Assembly: GCA_963805625.1 (NCBI GenBank)
Contig: CAWDVE010000024.1
Location: 1-64,000, forward strand
From: an uncultured Candidatus Rokubacteria bacterium
GTDB taxonomy: Bacteria > Methylomirabilota > Methylomirabilia > Rokubacteriales > DASRDR01
Direction of reading: 5' to 3'
Length of the DNA stretch: 64,000 nucleotides
The position numbers were made by a program, and so were the translations under genes. Below the pieces are notes generated by a model that was given only the letters and a program-made list of their open reading frames with translations, ran no database searches and was not told where the DNA came from. Below are positions 49,124-59,614 of this stretch, one piece after another; positions within the stretch are counted from its first letter, which is position 1; every line of letters starts with the position of its first letter.

Positions 49124-50269
49124 TCAGCGACCCAGCGCGTCCTCCCGGAACCGGTAGCGGCGCACCACGGTCTCGTCCACGTTCACGCCAAGACCGGGGC
49201 CCTCGGGCGGGGCGACCCAGCCGTCCGCGTGCCCGATCGGGTTCGTCACGAGCTCGTGCTGCATCGGCGAGGGCACTGGCTTGAGCTCGAGGAGCAGTGT
49301 GTTGGACGCGGCGACGGCCAGGTGGAGCGCGGCCGCGGTGTTGAGCGCGCTGCTCCAGGAGTGCGCATTCCAGGCGCGGCCGGCCGCCGCCGCCATCTCG
49401 ATGACCCGCCAGGCCCCCGTCACGCCCTCCGCCCGACCCGGATCGATCATGATGACGTCGATGGCGCCGGACTCGATGAGGCTCCGGTAGTGTGCCGTGT
49501 GCCAGCCCTTCTCCCCCGTGCAGATGCGCGTGGCCACCGCGGCGTGAAGGCGCCGGTAGCCGTCGAGGTCGTGCTCGACCAGCGGGTCCTCGAACCAGAA
49601 CAGGCCCACGTCGCCGTCGATCTCCCGGCACATGCGGATCGCGTGACTCGCGTCCCAACCCGTGAGCGCAGCGACGTCGACGATCATGTGGATGTCCGGG
49701 CCGATCGCGTCCCGGACGGCGCGCGCGACGGCCCGGTCCCGCCGCTCGTCGCTGCCGAAGGCGATGGAGAGATCGTGGCCCCAGCCGCCCTTCACGTAGC
49801 GGTAGCCCTCGGCCACGAACCCGCGGAACTCCCGCCCGATGCGGTCGAGGTCGTGAGTGGCGAAGATGGTCGAGGCACAGGCGGGGAGCCGGTCCCGCCG
49901 CTTGCCTCCGAGCAGCCGGTAGAGCGGCACGCCGGCGGCCTTCCCGGCGATGTCCCACAGCGCCATGTCGATCGCACTGATGCCGAACGTGACCAGCCCG
50001 CCGTTGCCGTCCCAGTAGGTCGCGTCGCGGAGCCGGCTCCAGACGCCCGCGACGTCGCGCGGGTCCCCGCCCACGACCAGGGGCGCCAGGCGGCGTTCGA
50101 CGACGAAGGCCACCGCCAGGGACGTCTCCTGGCCGCCCGTGATGGCCTCCCCCCAGCCCACCAGCCCGTCGTCGGTCTCGACGCGGACGAGCGTCAGCGC
50201 GCGGATCTTGCCGTCATTGTTCGGTTCCGGGTAACGAACGGCGAACGCCTCGACGCGGCCGACTCGCAT
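49124..50269 (-). CDS. Mandelate racemase/muconate lactonizing enzyme family
   Basis: GLVGWGE, ISAIDMALWDIAGK, WFEDP, TGE, PGLG. Confidence 0.9.
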   Translation of the reverse strand: MRVGRVEAFAVRYPEPNNDGKIRALTLVRVETDDGLVGWGEAITGGQETSLAVAFVVERRLAPLVVGGDPRDVAGVWSRLRDATYWDGNGGLVTFGISAIDMALWDIAGKAAGVPLYRLLGGKRRDRLPACASTIFATHDLDRIGREFRGFVAEGYRYVKGGWGHDLSIAFGSDERRDRAVARAVRDAIGPDIHMIVDVAALTGWDASHAIRMCREIDGDVGLFWFEDPLVEHDLDGYRRLHAAVATRICTGEKGWHTAHYRSLIESGAIDVIMIDPGRAEGVTGAWRVIEMAAAAGRAWNAHSWSSALNTAAALHLAVAASNTLLLELKPVPSPMQHELVTNPIGHADGWVAPPEGPGLGVNVDETVVRRYRFREDALGR

Positions 50270-50527
50270 GAAGCCTCCCTCGGTGTCGAGCGCGGCCGCC
50301 CGGCGGCTCGCTCCGCGACCGGCTGATTCTACCTCGCCGGCGCTCTCTCCAGCGGCACGCGGTCTTGACACCACCACGGACGAACGTCGCGAGCATGTGC
50401 GCCCGGTCGTCCCGCTTTGGCACCGAGAAATGATGGACCCGATGGCGTCCCAGCCGGACGACGCGTTCCTCGACGTCTCGGGGATCCTGGGCCGGGAGGA
50501 CGCCGGCGAGCGGCGCGAAGCGCCGCG

Positions 50528-51064
50528 TCAGCCGCAGACCAGGCGGCCGTCGTCGTTCCGGATCGGGCTCTTGCAGCGCGTGACGTCGATCTCCGTGTCC
50601 CGCCATTCGCCGTTCCGGCGCCGGCAGCGCGCCTCCAGGCGGCGGTTCTCGAGCGAGAAGTCCCGGCAGCTCTCGCGGTAGCTTCCCGCGGGCAAGCGCG
50701 TGATCTCCTGTCGCCGGCACTCCAGCCGGCCGTTGTTGTTCACGATCCCGCGGTCGCACTCGCGAAGGTCGAGGCGGGTGTCACGCCACCGACCGTCGAG
50801 CCGCTGGCACTCGGCCTCGAGGCGGTGGCGATCGCGATCGACGCGCATGTCACGACAGCTCTCGGTGTAGCTTCCCGAAGGGAGCGAGCCCCGGTACTCG
50901 ACGCGGTCTCCGCCGGACGTGCCGCTGTAGCCGCCGCCGGCTCCCGGGTAGTAGGAGGGGGAGGAGGAGCTGTCGCCGTCCGGCATCGGGAAGATGCAGC
51001 CCGTCAGGAAGAGCAGGATGCCCCAGCCGGCCAGCATCCGCCTCGAGGCTCCGGCGATCGACAT
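50528..51064 (-). CDS. Lipoprotein with a cyanovirin-N homology (CVNH) domain
   Basis: Lipobox LTGC; two repeats of GSYxESCRD...LEAxC...I.N..GRL.C. Confidence 0.8.
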   Translation of the reverse strand: MSIAGASRRMLAGWGILLFLTGCIFPMPDGDSSSSPSYYPGAGGGYSGTSGGDRVEYRGSLPSGSYTESCRDMRVDRDRHRLEAECQRLDGRWRDTRLDLRECDRGIVNNNGRLECRRQEITRLPAGSYRESCRDFSLENRRLEARCRRRNGEWRDTEIDVTRCKSPIRNDDGRLVCG

Positions 51065-51128
51065 GCCTCCCTCCGCTCCGTGACGGTCCGCGGTTCGACG
51101 CCGCGTGGCGATCCCCGGCCGCCTGGTC

Positions 51129-51962
51129 CTAGTCCTCGCACCCCTCCCGCGCGTCGCGGAATAGCCCGACGAGTCGGTCCACCACCGCCGGCCGGCCGAA
51201 GACGGCGCTCAGGAGGCGGCCCTCGGGCGCCGGGAAGTCACGGACGACGGCGTAGCGGCCGCCGGCCTCCTCGGCCAGCACCTGGCTCGGGGCGAGGTCC
51301 CAGACGTGGTTGTGCATGTCCACCATGGCGTCGGCGGCGCCTGTCACGGCAGCGGTGTGGGCATAGGCCGCCCGATAGATCCGGTGGTTCGGGTAGGCGC
51401 GGGTGAGGCGCTCGAAGAGGGGGCCCTCGTCGACGTGGCGGCTGAAGTTGACCCGGGCGCTCAGCACGAGCCGCACTTCCTCGGGCCGCGCGCTCGCCGG
51501 CGTGGCGTCGAGCCGGACCCGGCGGCCGTTCCGGTGCGTCCCCAGGCCGACGCCGGCGTTCACGCGGATGTCGAGCGCCGGGTGATCGATGACGCCGACC
51601 AGCGGCACGCCGCGATGGTGGAGGGCGAGCATCGTCCCGAACGTCGGGATGCCGTGGACGAACTCCTCGGTCCCGTCGATCGGGTCCATGATCCACTGGA
51701 ACGCGCTCGCGGGTCGCGCCGGAGGGTATTCCTCGCCGAGCAGGCCGTGGTCCGGGAACCAGCGCTCGATCAGCTCCCGCCAGCGGCGCTCGACCGCGCG
51801 GTCGACGTCGGTGACCGGCGACCGGTCGAGCTTCGTCTCGACACGGAAGCCGTGCTCGAGGGCGGGCCGCACGATATGCCGCGCCTCGTCGGCCAGCTCC
51901 AGCGCGGCGGCGTGGTAGCGCTCGATGTCGCGGGCGGATGCCTCAGTCGACGCGACCTCCAT
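51129..51962 (-). CDS. Inositol monophosphatase family (HisN-like)
   Basis: SPVTDVD, GEE, WIMDPIDGT, WDLAP. Confidence 0.88.
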   Translation of the reverse strand: MEVASTEASARDIERYHAAALELADEARHIVRPALEHGFRVETKLDRSPVTDVDRAVERRWRELIERWFPDHGLLGEEYPPARPASAFQWIMDPIDGTEEFVHGIPTFGTMLALHHRGVPLVGVIDHPALDIRVNAGVGLGTHRNGRRVRLDATPASARPEEVRLVLSARVNFSRHVDEGPLFERLTRAYPNHRIYRAAYAHTAAVTGAADAMVDMHNHVWDLAPSQVLAEEAGGRYAVVRDFPAPEGRLLSAVFGRPAVVDRLVGLFRDAREGCED

Positions 51963-52031
51963 GACGCGTGATCCTAGCGCATCGAGTCCGACCCTGAAAA
52001 GGAAAGACCGCCGGGCGTCGCGCGGCGCGGT

Positions 52032-54443
52032 TCAGCCGGCGCCGGCGCGGCGCCGCAGGGTCTCGACGAGCGTCCGCACGGCGGCGTCGGCCGGGTCGAG
52101 GGCGGCGAGCTTCTCGGCGTATGCCAGCGCCCGCTTGACGTCGCCCCGCTCCGCGAGATAGGTGGCGAGCGCCGCCAGGGTGTCGCGGTCCGCCGGGCGC
52201 TGCCGGTGGGCGCCCTCGAGGACCGTGATGGCGTCGCCGACCCGCCCGGTGTCGTGGAGCGCCACGGCATAGACGTAGGCGAAGCGTGGGGAGTCGGGCC
52301 GGGCGCGCACGGCCCGGCGGAGGAGGTCGACGGCCTCGGAAAGCTGGTTCTGGCGCACGCGGAGCAGCGCCAGCGCGTGAAGCGCCTCCGCGCGATCGGG
52401 CGCCGCCCGGAGCGCCTGCTCGAGGAATCGCTCTCCGTCCGCGTCGCGGCCCTGAGCCCGCATGAGGTCGGCGAGGTTCACGAGTGCCGGGACGAACGAC
52501 GGGTCGAGCCAGAGCGCGGTCCGAAGCTCGGACTCCGCGTCGGCCACCCGGCCGAGACGCGCGTAGAGATTCGCGAGGTTGAGGTGGGATTCGGGCCGGT
52601 CGGCGTTGACCAGCTCCGACTGGACCAGCTCCGACACGACGCGATCGAGGTCGGCGCGCTGACCTTCCGCCAGCGGGGCGCCCGCGAGGGCCTGGGCCGC
52701 GGCGAGGCGAACCGCCGTCACGGGATCGCGGAGGAGGGGCGCGGCCACCGGCCCCCGCCGGTCGGGGGGCATGGCCTCGACGGCCCGGAGCGCTCCCAGG
52801 CGGACCAGCGCGTCGGGATCGCGGAGCGCGCCCTCCACCGGAGCGGCCATCGCGGGCGTCGAGAACTCCGGGAAGTGCGAGAGCGCGGTGGCCCGCACGA
52901 TCCCCGGCTGGCTCCGGTCAGCCGCGAGGGCGATCAGCGCGGGGCCGGCTTCGGGGAGCCCGCGTCGCGCGGCGTCGAGGGTCCGGGCGAAATCCGCGGT
53001 GCCCTTGCGAGTCCCGCCCCAGGCCGTGACCCGGTCGGCCGCCCACTGCGGGGAGCGGTCCCGGTGGCAGGCTGTGCAGGCGTTCGGCGTGCCCAGCGCC
53101 ACCGACAGGTCCGGCCGCGGGACGCGGAAGCTGTGATCCCGGCGCGGGTCGACCACCATGTACGTGCGCGCGGACATGTGGCAGCTGACGCAGCGGGCCG
53201 CCTCCGATTCGGGCCGATGGCGGTGGTGGCTCGCCGCGTCGAACTTTGCCGGCAGGTGACACTGGGCACAGACTGCATTGCCCGGCGCGCGCAGTGTCGT
53301 GCGATGGGGCTCGTGGCAGTCCGAGCAGGTGACCCCGGCCCGCTGCATCCGGCTCTGGACGAACGATCCCCACTCGTAGACCTCTCCCAGGATCTGGCCG
53401 TCCGCGTGATAGAGACGGGCCTCGAGGAGAGCCGGCACGTGAGTGTCGAGGAACGGCCGGCCGTACGGATGCGGGTCCACGATCGGCCGCCGGCGCGCGT
53501 GACAGCGGGCACAGACGTCGAGCTCCGCCGAGGACCGCGCGGGTCCCGTCCACTCGGCGATGCCCCGCTGGCTGTCCTTGATGGTCCACGTCCCGTCGCC
53601 CCGCCCGAGGCGCACGACGAGGCCGGTGGCGCCGGGTGTCGCTCGGGGCGCCCCGGCCGGCCGCCCCTCGGCCCAGGCGGCATGAGCCGAACCGGGGCCG
53701 TGGCACTCCTCGCACGACACCGTGAGCTCGGCCCAGGCCGTGGCGTAGCGGTTCGCGGCCAGGTCGTACCGCTTCCGGAGATCCGTCGAGTGGCACTCGG
53801 CGCACTGGAAGTTCCACGTCTGCTCACGACCCGTCCAGTGAATCGGGTCCGTGGGGCGAAGCGTCGCATCAGGGTAGAGATGGAACCACCGCTGGCCCCC
53901 CTGGGCACGCGGCCGCGTGTCCCAGGCCAGGCCGAGCGCCTGGAGCCGGCCACCCGGGAACGGCACGAGGTACTGCTGCAAGGGGTCGACACCGAAGGTG
54001 TAGGCGATCTCGAACTCGGCGGGCTTGCCGTCCGGGCCGTCGGTCCGAACGAGGAACTTGCCGTCGCGGCGGTAGAACGTCGACGTGACGCCCCGATGGG
54101 TGACGCGCGCCTGGTCGAAGTTGCCGAGGACCGTCTGGTCCGTGGCGGGCTGCATCGCGCGGGCGTGATCGGAGCCGCGGTACGCCTCCGCTTCCTTCGC
54201 GTGGCAGCCGGTGCACTTCACGCTGCCGACGAAGGTCGGGGGCGCTGCGGGCGGAGCCTTCGGGGCCTGGGCTGGCTGGTCGGCCCGCTCGCAGCCGATG
54301 GCGAGGACCAAGCTGACGAGTGTCAGAGCCAGGGCCGCGAGGCCGACGAGCCTCCGGCGCGGACGCGCGAGCCCATCGCGTCTGGCGCCCGGGCCCGCGC
54401 GGCTCACCGCTCCGCGTTCGAGAGGTCCGCTCGCTCGTGACAT
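52032..54443 (-). CDS. Multiheme (8 CxxCH) cytochrome c with HEAT and TPR repeats
   Basis: CTGCH, CAECH, CEECH, CARCH, CSDCH, CAQCH, CVSCH, CTACH; RRDHSFRVPRPD; C-terminal TPRs. Confidence 0.88.
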   Translation of the reverse strand: MSRASGPLERGAVSRAGPGARRDGLARPRRRLVGLAALALTLVSLVLAIGCERADQPAQAPKAPPAAPPTFVGSVKCTGCHAKEAEAYRGSDHARAMQPATDQTVLGNFDQARVTHRGVTSTFYRRDGKFLVRTDGPDGKPAEFEIAYTFGVDPLQQYLVPFPGGRLQALGLAWDTRPRAQGGQRWFHLYPDATLRPTDPIHWTGREQTWNFQCAECHSTDLRKRYDLAANRYATAWAELTVSCEECHGPGSAHAAWAEGRPAGAPRATPGATGLVVRLGRGDGTWTIKDSQRGIAEWTGPARSSAELDVCARCHARRRPIVDPHPYGRPFLDTHVPALLEARLYHADGQILGEVYEWGSFVQSRMQRAGVTCSDCHEPHRTTLRAPGNAVCAQCHLPAKFDAASHHRHRPESEAARCVSCHMSARTYMVVDPRRDHSFRVPRPDLSVALGTPNACTACHRDRSPQWAADRVTAWGGTRKGTADFARTLDAARRGLPEAGPALIALAADRSQPGIVRATALSHFPEFSTPAMAAPVEGALRDPDALVRLGALRAVEAMPPDRRGPVAAPLLRDPVTAVRLAAAQALAGAPLAEGQRADLDRVVSELVQSELVNADRPESHLNLANLYARLGRVADAESELRTALWLDPSFVPALVNLADLMRAQGRDADGERFLEQALRAAPDRAEALHALALLRVRQNQLSEAVDLLRRAVRARPDSPRFAYVYAVALHDTGRVGDAITVLEGAHRQRPADRDTLAALATYLAERGDVKRALAYAEKLAALDPADAAVRTLVETLRRRAGAG

Positions 54444-54629
54444 CACGAGGCCTCAGAGTATCAAAACGCTCGGAATGGGAGAGCGATCCTCCGCGGGCGG
54501 CCAGCCCGGCCCCGGGCGGGCGCTCCTGCCCGATGTGCGAGGGGCGACTCTGGGATGCTGTGTCAGTTTCCGAGGGCGAACGGGCATCGTCACGCGGGCC
54601 GCCGAGGGGCACCCCCCGTCCGCCTTTCC

Positions 54630-55169
54630 CGCGCTCTTGGGGCCTACTGCGGAGACGCGATGCAGGCCCACGAGCGCGGCTGCGCCGCCGCCCGGGAGAC
54701 CACCATGGTCGCCTGCGCCCGGCCGTTTCCCGTCGTCGTCACGACGAACGGCGGCTATCCGCTGGACCAGAACCTCTACCAGACGGTGAAGGGGATGTCG
54801 GCGGGCGCGCAGATCGTCCGGGACGGCGGTTACATCCTGACGGCAGCGCGCTGCAACGACGGGTTCCCCGCCCACGGGAACTTCAAGCGGCTCCTCGTCG
54901 AGCACCGCACACCGCAGGCGATCCTGGACACCGTGCTCGCGCCCGGCTTCTCGATGTTCGACCAGTGGGAGGCCCAGGTGCTGGCCATGATCCTCGTCCG
55001 CGCGCGCGGGCCTCTACAGCAACCCGCCGGATGAGCTCCGCCGGACGCCGTGGAGCCGGTGGCCGACGTGGGGGCGCGGCTCGCCGAGGAGCTTCGGCAC
55101 GCGGGGGGCGATGCTCCCGTGGCCGTGCTGCCGGAGGGGCCGATGACGATTCCCTACCTGCGAAGCTAG
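54630..55169 (+). pseudogene. C-terminal remnant of a LarA (nickel-dependent lactate racemase) family gene
   Basis: TNGGYPLDQNLYQTVKGMSA, DQWEAQ and, after frameshifts, VAVLPEGPMTIPY. The N-terminal half is absent. Confidence 0.8.
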
Positions 55170-55250
55170 GCTGGGACGCCAGGGCCCGGCGCCGGGGCAC
55201 CGCGCCTTCCGCGGTGAGCCGCCCGGCTGGCTGGTGAGCGGTGACCCCCG

Positions 55251-56138
55251 TCAGGGCCGGGGAGCCAGGAGCGCGGACGGCTCGATGTCGAGGGTGGTGA
55301 CCCGGCGGAGCTCGCGACGGTGCGTCATGTCGTCGAAGGGTCGCGCCCGGTGCATCGTCGCCCGGTTGTCCCAGATGACGAGGTCGCCGACCGCCCAGCG
55401 ATGCCGGTAGACGAACTGGGGTTGCGTCGCATGCTCCGTCAGATCGCGGAGGAGGAGCCGCCCCTCGGGAAGCGGCCAGTCGACGATCCGGGAGGCGTGC
55501 GAGGCGAGATAGAGCGACCGGCGGCGCGACCGCGGGATGACGCGCACCAGCGGGTGGACGGCCCCCTCGAGGCGACCCGCCTCTTCCGGGGAGAACTCGA
55601 AGCCGAGCGTCTGGCGCGAGTACGCGATCGAGTGATGGACGCGCAGGCCCTCGAGGCGCCTCTTCGTCTCCGTTGGCAAGGCGTCGTAGGCGGCGCGCAT
55701 GTCCGCGTACTCCGTGTCGGCCCCGACGGGCGGGACGACCTTCGCGGACAGCATCGAGTAGCGGCCCGGCGGATCCTGGAACGACGCGTCGGTATGCCAC
55801 AGGCGGTTCCCGAGCCCGTACACGCGCCGGCGGTTGTCGGATGCCGTGATGTCCCCGCGCTCGTCGAGGTTCGAGATGTCGACGAGCGCGTCGTTCCCCA
55901 GGCGATTCAGGCCCAGGGCGGCGGTTCCGGTCTTCGAGTGGAGCTGGCCGTCAAGCCGCTGCGCGAAGGCGAGCTGCTGGTCGTCGGTGAAGGGCTGGTC
56001 CCGGAACACGAGCACCGCATACGTGTCCATCCCGGCCCGGATCTCGGCCAGCGTCTCTGCGTCGTGCACCTGACGTAGATCGACCGGGCCGACCTCGGCG
56101 GCGAAGTGTGGATGCAGCGGGCGGAACTGGAGGGCCAT
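55251..56138 (-). CDS. TauD/TfdA family 2-oxoglutarate/Fe(II) dioxygenase
   Basis: WHTDAS, HPLVR, WDNRATMHR. Confidence 0.92.
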   Translation of the reverse strand: MALQFRPLHPHFAAEVGPVDLRQVHDAETLAEIRAGMDTYAVLVFRDQPFTDDQQLAFAQRLDGQLHSKTGTAALGLNRLGNDALVDISNLDERGDITASDNRRRVYGLGNRLWHTDASFQDPPGRYSMLSAKVVPPVGADTEYADMRAAYDALPTETKRRLEGLRVHHSIAYSRQTLGFEFSPEEAGRLEGAVHPLVRVIPRSRRRSLYLASHASRIVDWPLPEGRLLLRDLTEHATQPQFVYRHRWAVGDLVIWDNRATMHRARPFDDMTHRRELRRVTTLDIEPSALLAPRP

Positions 56139-56483
56139 GCGGACATCCTCCTCCGAGCGCGCGATCGGGGGGCCGCGAGCGCCCCCGACGACCTCGCAGC
56201 TGGCCGCGGATCCCCGGGCACCGGTGTGCGCGCCCGGCCGCCGCGCCAGAGTGATCGTAGCATCGCCGGCCGGGCGCCGTCGAGGCGAGGAGCCCCGGAT
56301 CGATCACGGCCCGCGCGGTCTCGCGTCCGGGGCGCGGGCCGCCCGGCGACGGATGCCGCGTCGGGCCGGAATCGCGCCGGTCGAAGTCGCGAGGCCAGCG
56401 GGCGAGTCGTCCTTCGGGCGTCGATCCGGCGGTCATGGCATCCTGCCAGCAGAGGACCGCCTGCAGCCGAGAGGAGAACGGGC

Positions 56484-57665
56484 ATGGCTCGGTACGACTA
56501 TCTGATCGTGGGTGGCGGCATGACGGCGGATGCCGCGGCACGCGGGATCCGGGATGGGGACGCCAAGGGCTCGATCGGGATCGTCGGGGCGGACCCTCAT
56601 CCGCCGTACAATCGCCCGCCGCTGACCAAGGGTCTGTGGAAGACGGACGCGCCCGACAGCGTCTGGCGCAAGACCGAGGAGGCGCAGGTCGACCTGCACC
56701 TCGGCCGCAGGGTGGAGACGATCGATGCGGCGGGCCGGCGGGTCACGGACGATCGTGGGGCGACCTACGAGTACCGCCGGCTGCTGCTCGCCACCGGGGG
56801 CGAGCCGCGCCGCCTTCCCGACTCCCCCGACGGGGTGATCTACCTCCGGACCCTGGACGACTACCGCGCCACCCGGCAGCTCGCCGACCGAGGAGCCGGG
56901 TTCGTGGTGCTCGGTGGCGGGTTCATCGGCGCGGAGATCGCAGCGGCGCTCCGGATGCAGGGCCGCGACGTCACCATGATCGTCCCGGGGCAGGGACTCG
57001 GGACGCGGGTCTTTCCGGCCGAGCTCTCCCGTTTCCTCGTGGAGTATTACCGCGAGCGTGGCGTGAGGATAGAGGTGGGGGCGTCGGCCGAGCGGGTGGA
57101 GCGACGGGACGGGCGGTTCGTGGTGCACCTCCCGCGCAGCGGGGCGATCGTGGGCGATGCGGTGATCGCCGGCCTCGGCATCGTCCCCAGCGTCGAGCTC
57201 GCCCGTCAGGCGGGGCTCACGGTCTCGGACGGGATCGAGGTCGACGAGCGGCTTCGCACCAGCCAGCCCGAGATCTTCGCCGCCGGGGACGTGGCACAGT
57301 TTTTCAATCCCGTCCTCGGGAAGCGCATGCGAGTGGAGCACGAGGACAACGCCAACACCATGGGGAAGGTGGCGGGCCAGAACATGGCTGGGGCCGACCT
57401 CCGGTACGGGCACTTGCCTTTCTTCTACTCGGATCTCTTCGACCTTGGGTACGAGGCCGTGGGAGACGCCGACGCCCGTCACCAGACCGTCGTCGACTGG
57501 AGGGTGGAGTTTCGCGAAGGAGTGATCTACTACCTGGACGGCGGACGGGTGCGCGGTGTGCTCCTCTGGAACACGTGGGGGCAGGTCGACGCGGCGCGAG
57601 AATTGATCGCGCAGCCAGGCCCGTTCCGGGCCGAGCAGCTCAAGGGCCGGCTGCCGGCGGGCTAG
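56484..57665 (+). CDS. FAD/NAD(P)-dependent oxidoreductase (ferredoxin reductase-like)
   Basis: IVGGG, PYNRPPLTK, LLATG, GGGFIGAE, FAAGDVA, PFFYSD. Confidence 0.9.
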   Translation: MARYDYLIVGGGMTADAAARGIRDGDAKGSIGIVGADPHPPYNRPPLTKGLWKTDAPDSVWRKTEEAQVDLHLGRRVETIDAAGRRVTDDRGATYEYRRLLLATGGEPRRLPDSPDGVIYLRTLDDYRATRQLADRGAGFVVLGGGFIGAEIAAALRMQGRDVTMIVPGQGLGTRVFPAELSRFLVEYYRERGVRIEVGASAERVERRDGRFVVHLPRSGAIVGDAVIAGLGIVPSVELARQAGLTVSDGIEVDERLRTSQPEIFAAGDVAQFFNPVLGKRMRVEHEDNANTMGKVAGQNMAGADLRYGHLPFFYSDLFDLGYEAVGDADARHQTVVDWRVEFREGVIYYLDGGRVRGVLLWNTWGQVDAARELIAQPGPFRAEQLKGRLPAG

Positions 57666-57671
57666 CCTAGC

Positions 57672-58166
57672 CTAGTACACACGGATCTCCACGGTGAGGG
57701 ATGCTTGGTCGAGCCGGAATTTCGCCTTGTCGAAGCTGGGGAACCAGAGGATCTTCCCAGAGTAATTGGAGATGCCCTTGAGCTCCGAGGAGAAGGGATT
57801 CTGGTCGATCGTTCCGTCACGATTCACGTCGTGGCCCACGATGATGGCGTACGCCCCGTAGGGGACGTCCGGGATCACGAACTCGCACTGCCCGCTCTTG
57901 ATCGGCCGCGCGCCCTTGACGATGGGGCCATCCTTCGTGGCGAAGGTCTCCTTCTTGTCGAAGAGACCGAACCGTAGCTCGCCCTGGTCGGATCGCAGCC
58001 CGACGACCTTCACCCGGATCTCGCCCCGCTCTTGGGCGAGGGTGGGAGGCGCGAGCAGGAGCGCGAGAACGATACTCACACCGAGCCCCCGGCCCGCGAC
58101 GCCTCCGATCTGACATCGTCCCCGGGTCACCGAGACCGTGCCTCCACGCGTGGGCCACGAGCCCAT
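57672..58166 (-). CDS. DUF2141 family exported protein
   Basis: GLRSDQG..., YGAYAI..HDVNRDG, GISN, PSFDKAKF; start uncertain. Confidence 0.78.
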   Translation of the reverse strand: MGSWPTRGGTVSVTRGRCQIGGVAGRGLGVSIVLALLLAPPTLAQERGEIRVKVVGLRSDQGELRFGLFDKKETFATKDGPIVKGARPIKSGQCEFVIPDVPYGAYAIIVGHDVNRDGTIDQNPFSSELKGISNYSGKILWFPSFDKAKFRLDQASLTVEIRVY

Positions 58167-58257
58167 CCTCACCAGCCCAGTTCCAGTCTAGCCGAGGCGT
58201 GAGAGGGGAGGCGAGCGGCCGCGGCGGCGCGCCCGGGCTCTGGCGGTACAGTAGGGC

Positions 58258-58803
58258 ATGCCGCGATCGAGGAAGCCGCCTCGTACCCGGGCGCGCCGGC
58301 CGCCACTCCCCGGCGCGGCGGCACTGAGGCGTCTGATCACGGGCAACGGGCGGTTCGTCACGAGCGAGCGGCGCCGGGACGATCCGGGCCGCGCGCTGCT
58401 GGCGCGGCTGGCCAAGGGCCAGCGTCGTTCGCCACGATCCTCGGGTGCAGCGACTACCGGATTCCGCCGCAGCTCCTGTTCGACCAGGGGTTCGGGGATC
58501 TCTTCGTGGTGCTGGGGCACGGGGGCTGCGGCGCGGTGCAGGCGGCGCTCGCCTTCAAGTTCCGGGGCGCGAGGGCGCGGTCGGGCATCGAGGCGCTGCT
58601 GCGGAGCATCCTGCCGGGGCTCCGGACCGTCGCTGCCGCCCGAGGCCCAGCTCCGGGCGGTCGTGGAGGCCAACGTGCAGTGGTCCATGCACCAGCTCGC
58701 GGAGACGTCCGAGGGTCGCCGCGCCATGGCCAAGCGGCGGGCCACCCTGATCGGCGCCCTCTACGAGCTCAGCACGGGTGGCGTGCGATTCCTGGACGTG
58801 TGA
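58258..58803 (+). pseudogene. Beta-carbonic anhydrase, frameshifted and internally deleted
   Basis: GNGRFV, KGQR, ILGCSD.R, FDQGFGDLFV joined directly to VLGHGGCGAV (the RVAGN segment is missing), GALYEL.TG.V. Confidence 0.82.
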
Positions 58804-58945
58804 CGCGGCGTTTCTCTTGCTGACTCCCTCCGAGAGCCTCCGGTGTCCGGCAGCCGGGGGCGCCTTGCCGGGGCGGCGCGGGGTCCGCCTGGCCGCGCGG
58901 ATTCTGAGACGGCCGGCGAGGGTTGCCTGATACGGTGAAACTGGC

Positions 58946-59434
58946 ATGGCCGCGCGGGGTGACCGTGTCGACCGTCTCGCGGGTGGAGACCAGGGCGGGC
59001 CGGCCTCGCCGCGACGGCGGCTCTGGGTCAGCCGGAGCCCCGGGCGCGTGGTCGTCCGGTATGCCGACGGGCGGATTCTGAAGGGATACGCCGACTTCGA
59101 TCCGGAGCAACCCTGCCTTCGCCTCGTCCCCCTGGGCGATCCGGATGCCGAGGGCGTCAAGATCGCGCTGACGGAGCTCAAGGCCGTGTTCTTCGTTCGG
59201 AGCTTCGACGGCGACCCTGGGCGCGACGAGTCGAAGGATCTCTACCAGGCTCGACCCCCCGACACCCGCAAGGTGAGCGTACGGTTCCGGGACGGCGAGG
59301 AGCTCGTCGGGCACACGCGACAGCTCGACCGGTACCGCTCCGGGCTCTTCTTCACCCCGCTCGATCCGCGGAGCAACAACCTGCGCGTGTTCGCCGTCTT
59401 CGACGCGCTCTGGGGGGTCCGGCGACTGCTGTAG
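58946..59434 (+). CDS. Conserved hypothetical protein (DUF6982-like)
   Basis: VVVRYADGRILKGY, ELKAVFFV, VRFRDGEELVG, DPRSNNLRVF. Confidence 0.7.
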   Translation: MAARGDRVDRLAGGDQGGPASPRRRLWVSRSPGRVVVRYADGRILKGYADFDPEQPCLRLVPLGDPDAEGVKIALTELKAVFFVRSFDGDPGRDESKDLYQARPPDTRKVSVRFRDGEELVGHTRQLDRYRSGLFFTPLDPRSNNLRVFAVFDALWGVRRLL

Positions 59435-59614
59435 CTCCGCGCCCACCCCACGCGGCACGCGATCGGATTCGCGCCGCTGGTCGGGGAGGCCGGCCGTCTC
59501 GACTCAGGGCGCGGGGGGCAGCGCGGGCGCCGGCTGGCGTGTGTCCAGCGTGGTGTGAAGGCCCCGGCTCTTCGCGAGCTGCCAGCGGACCATATGATTG
59601 ACGTAGGAGTCGAC

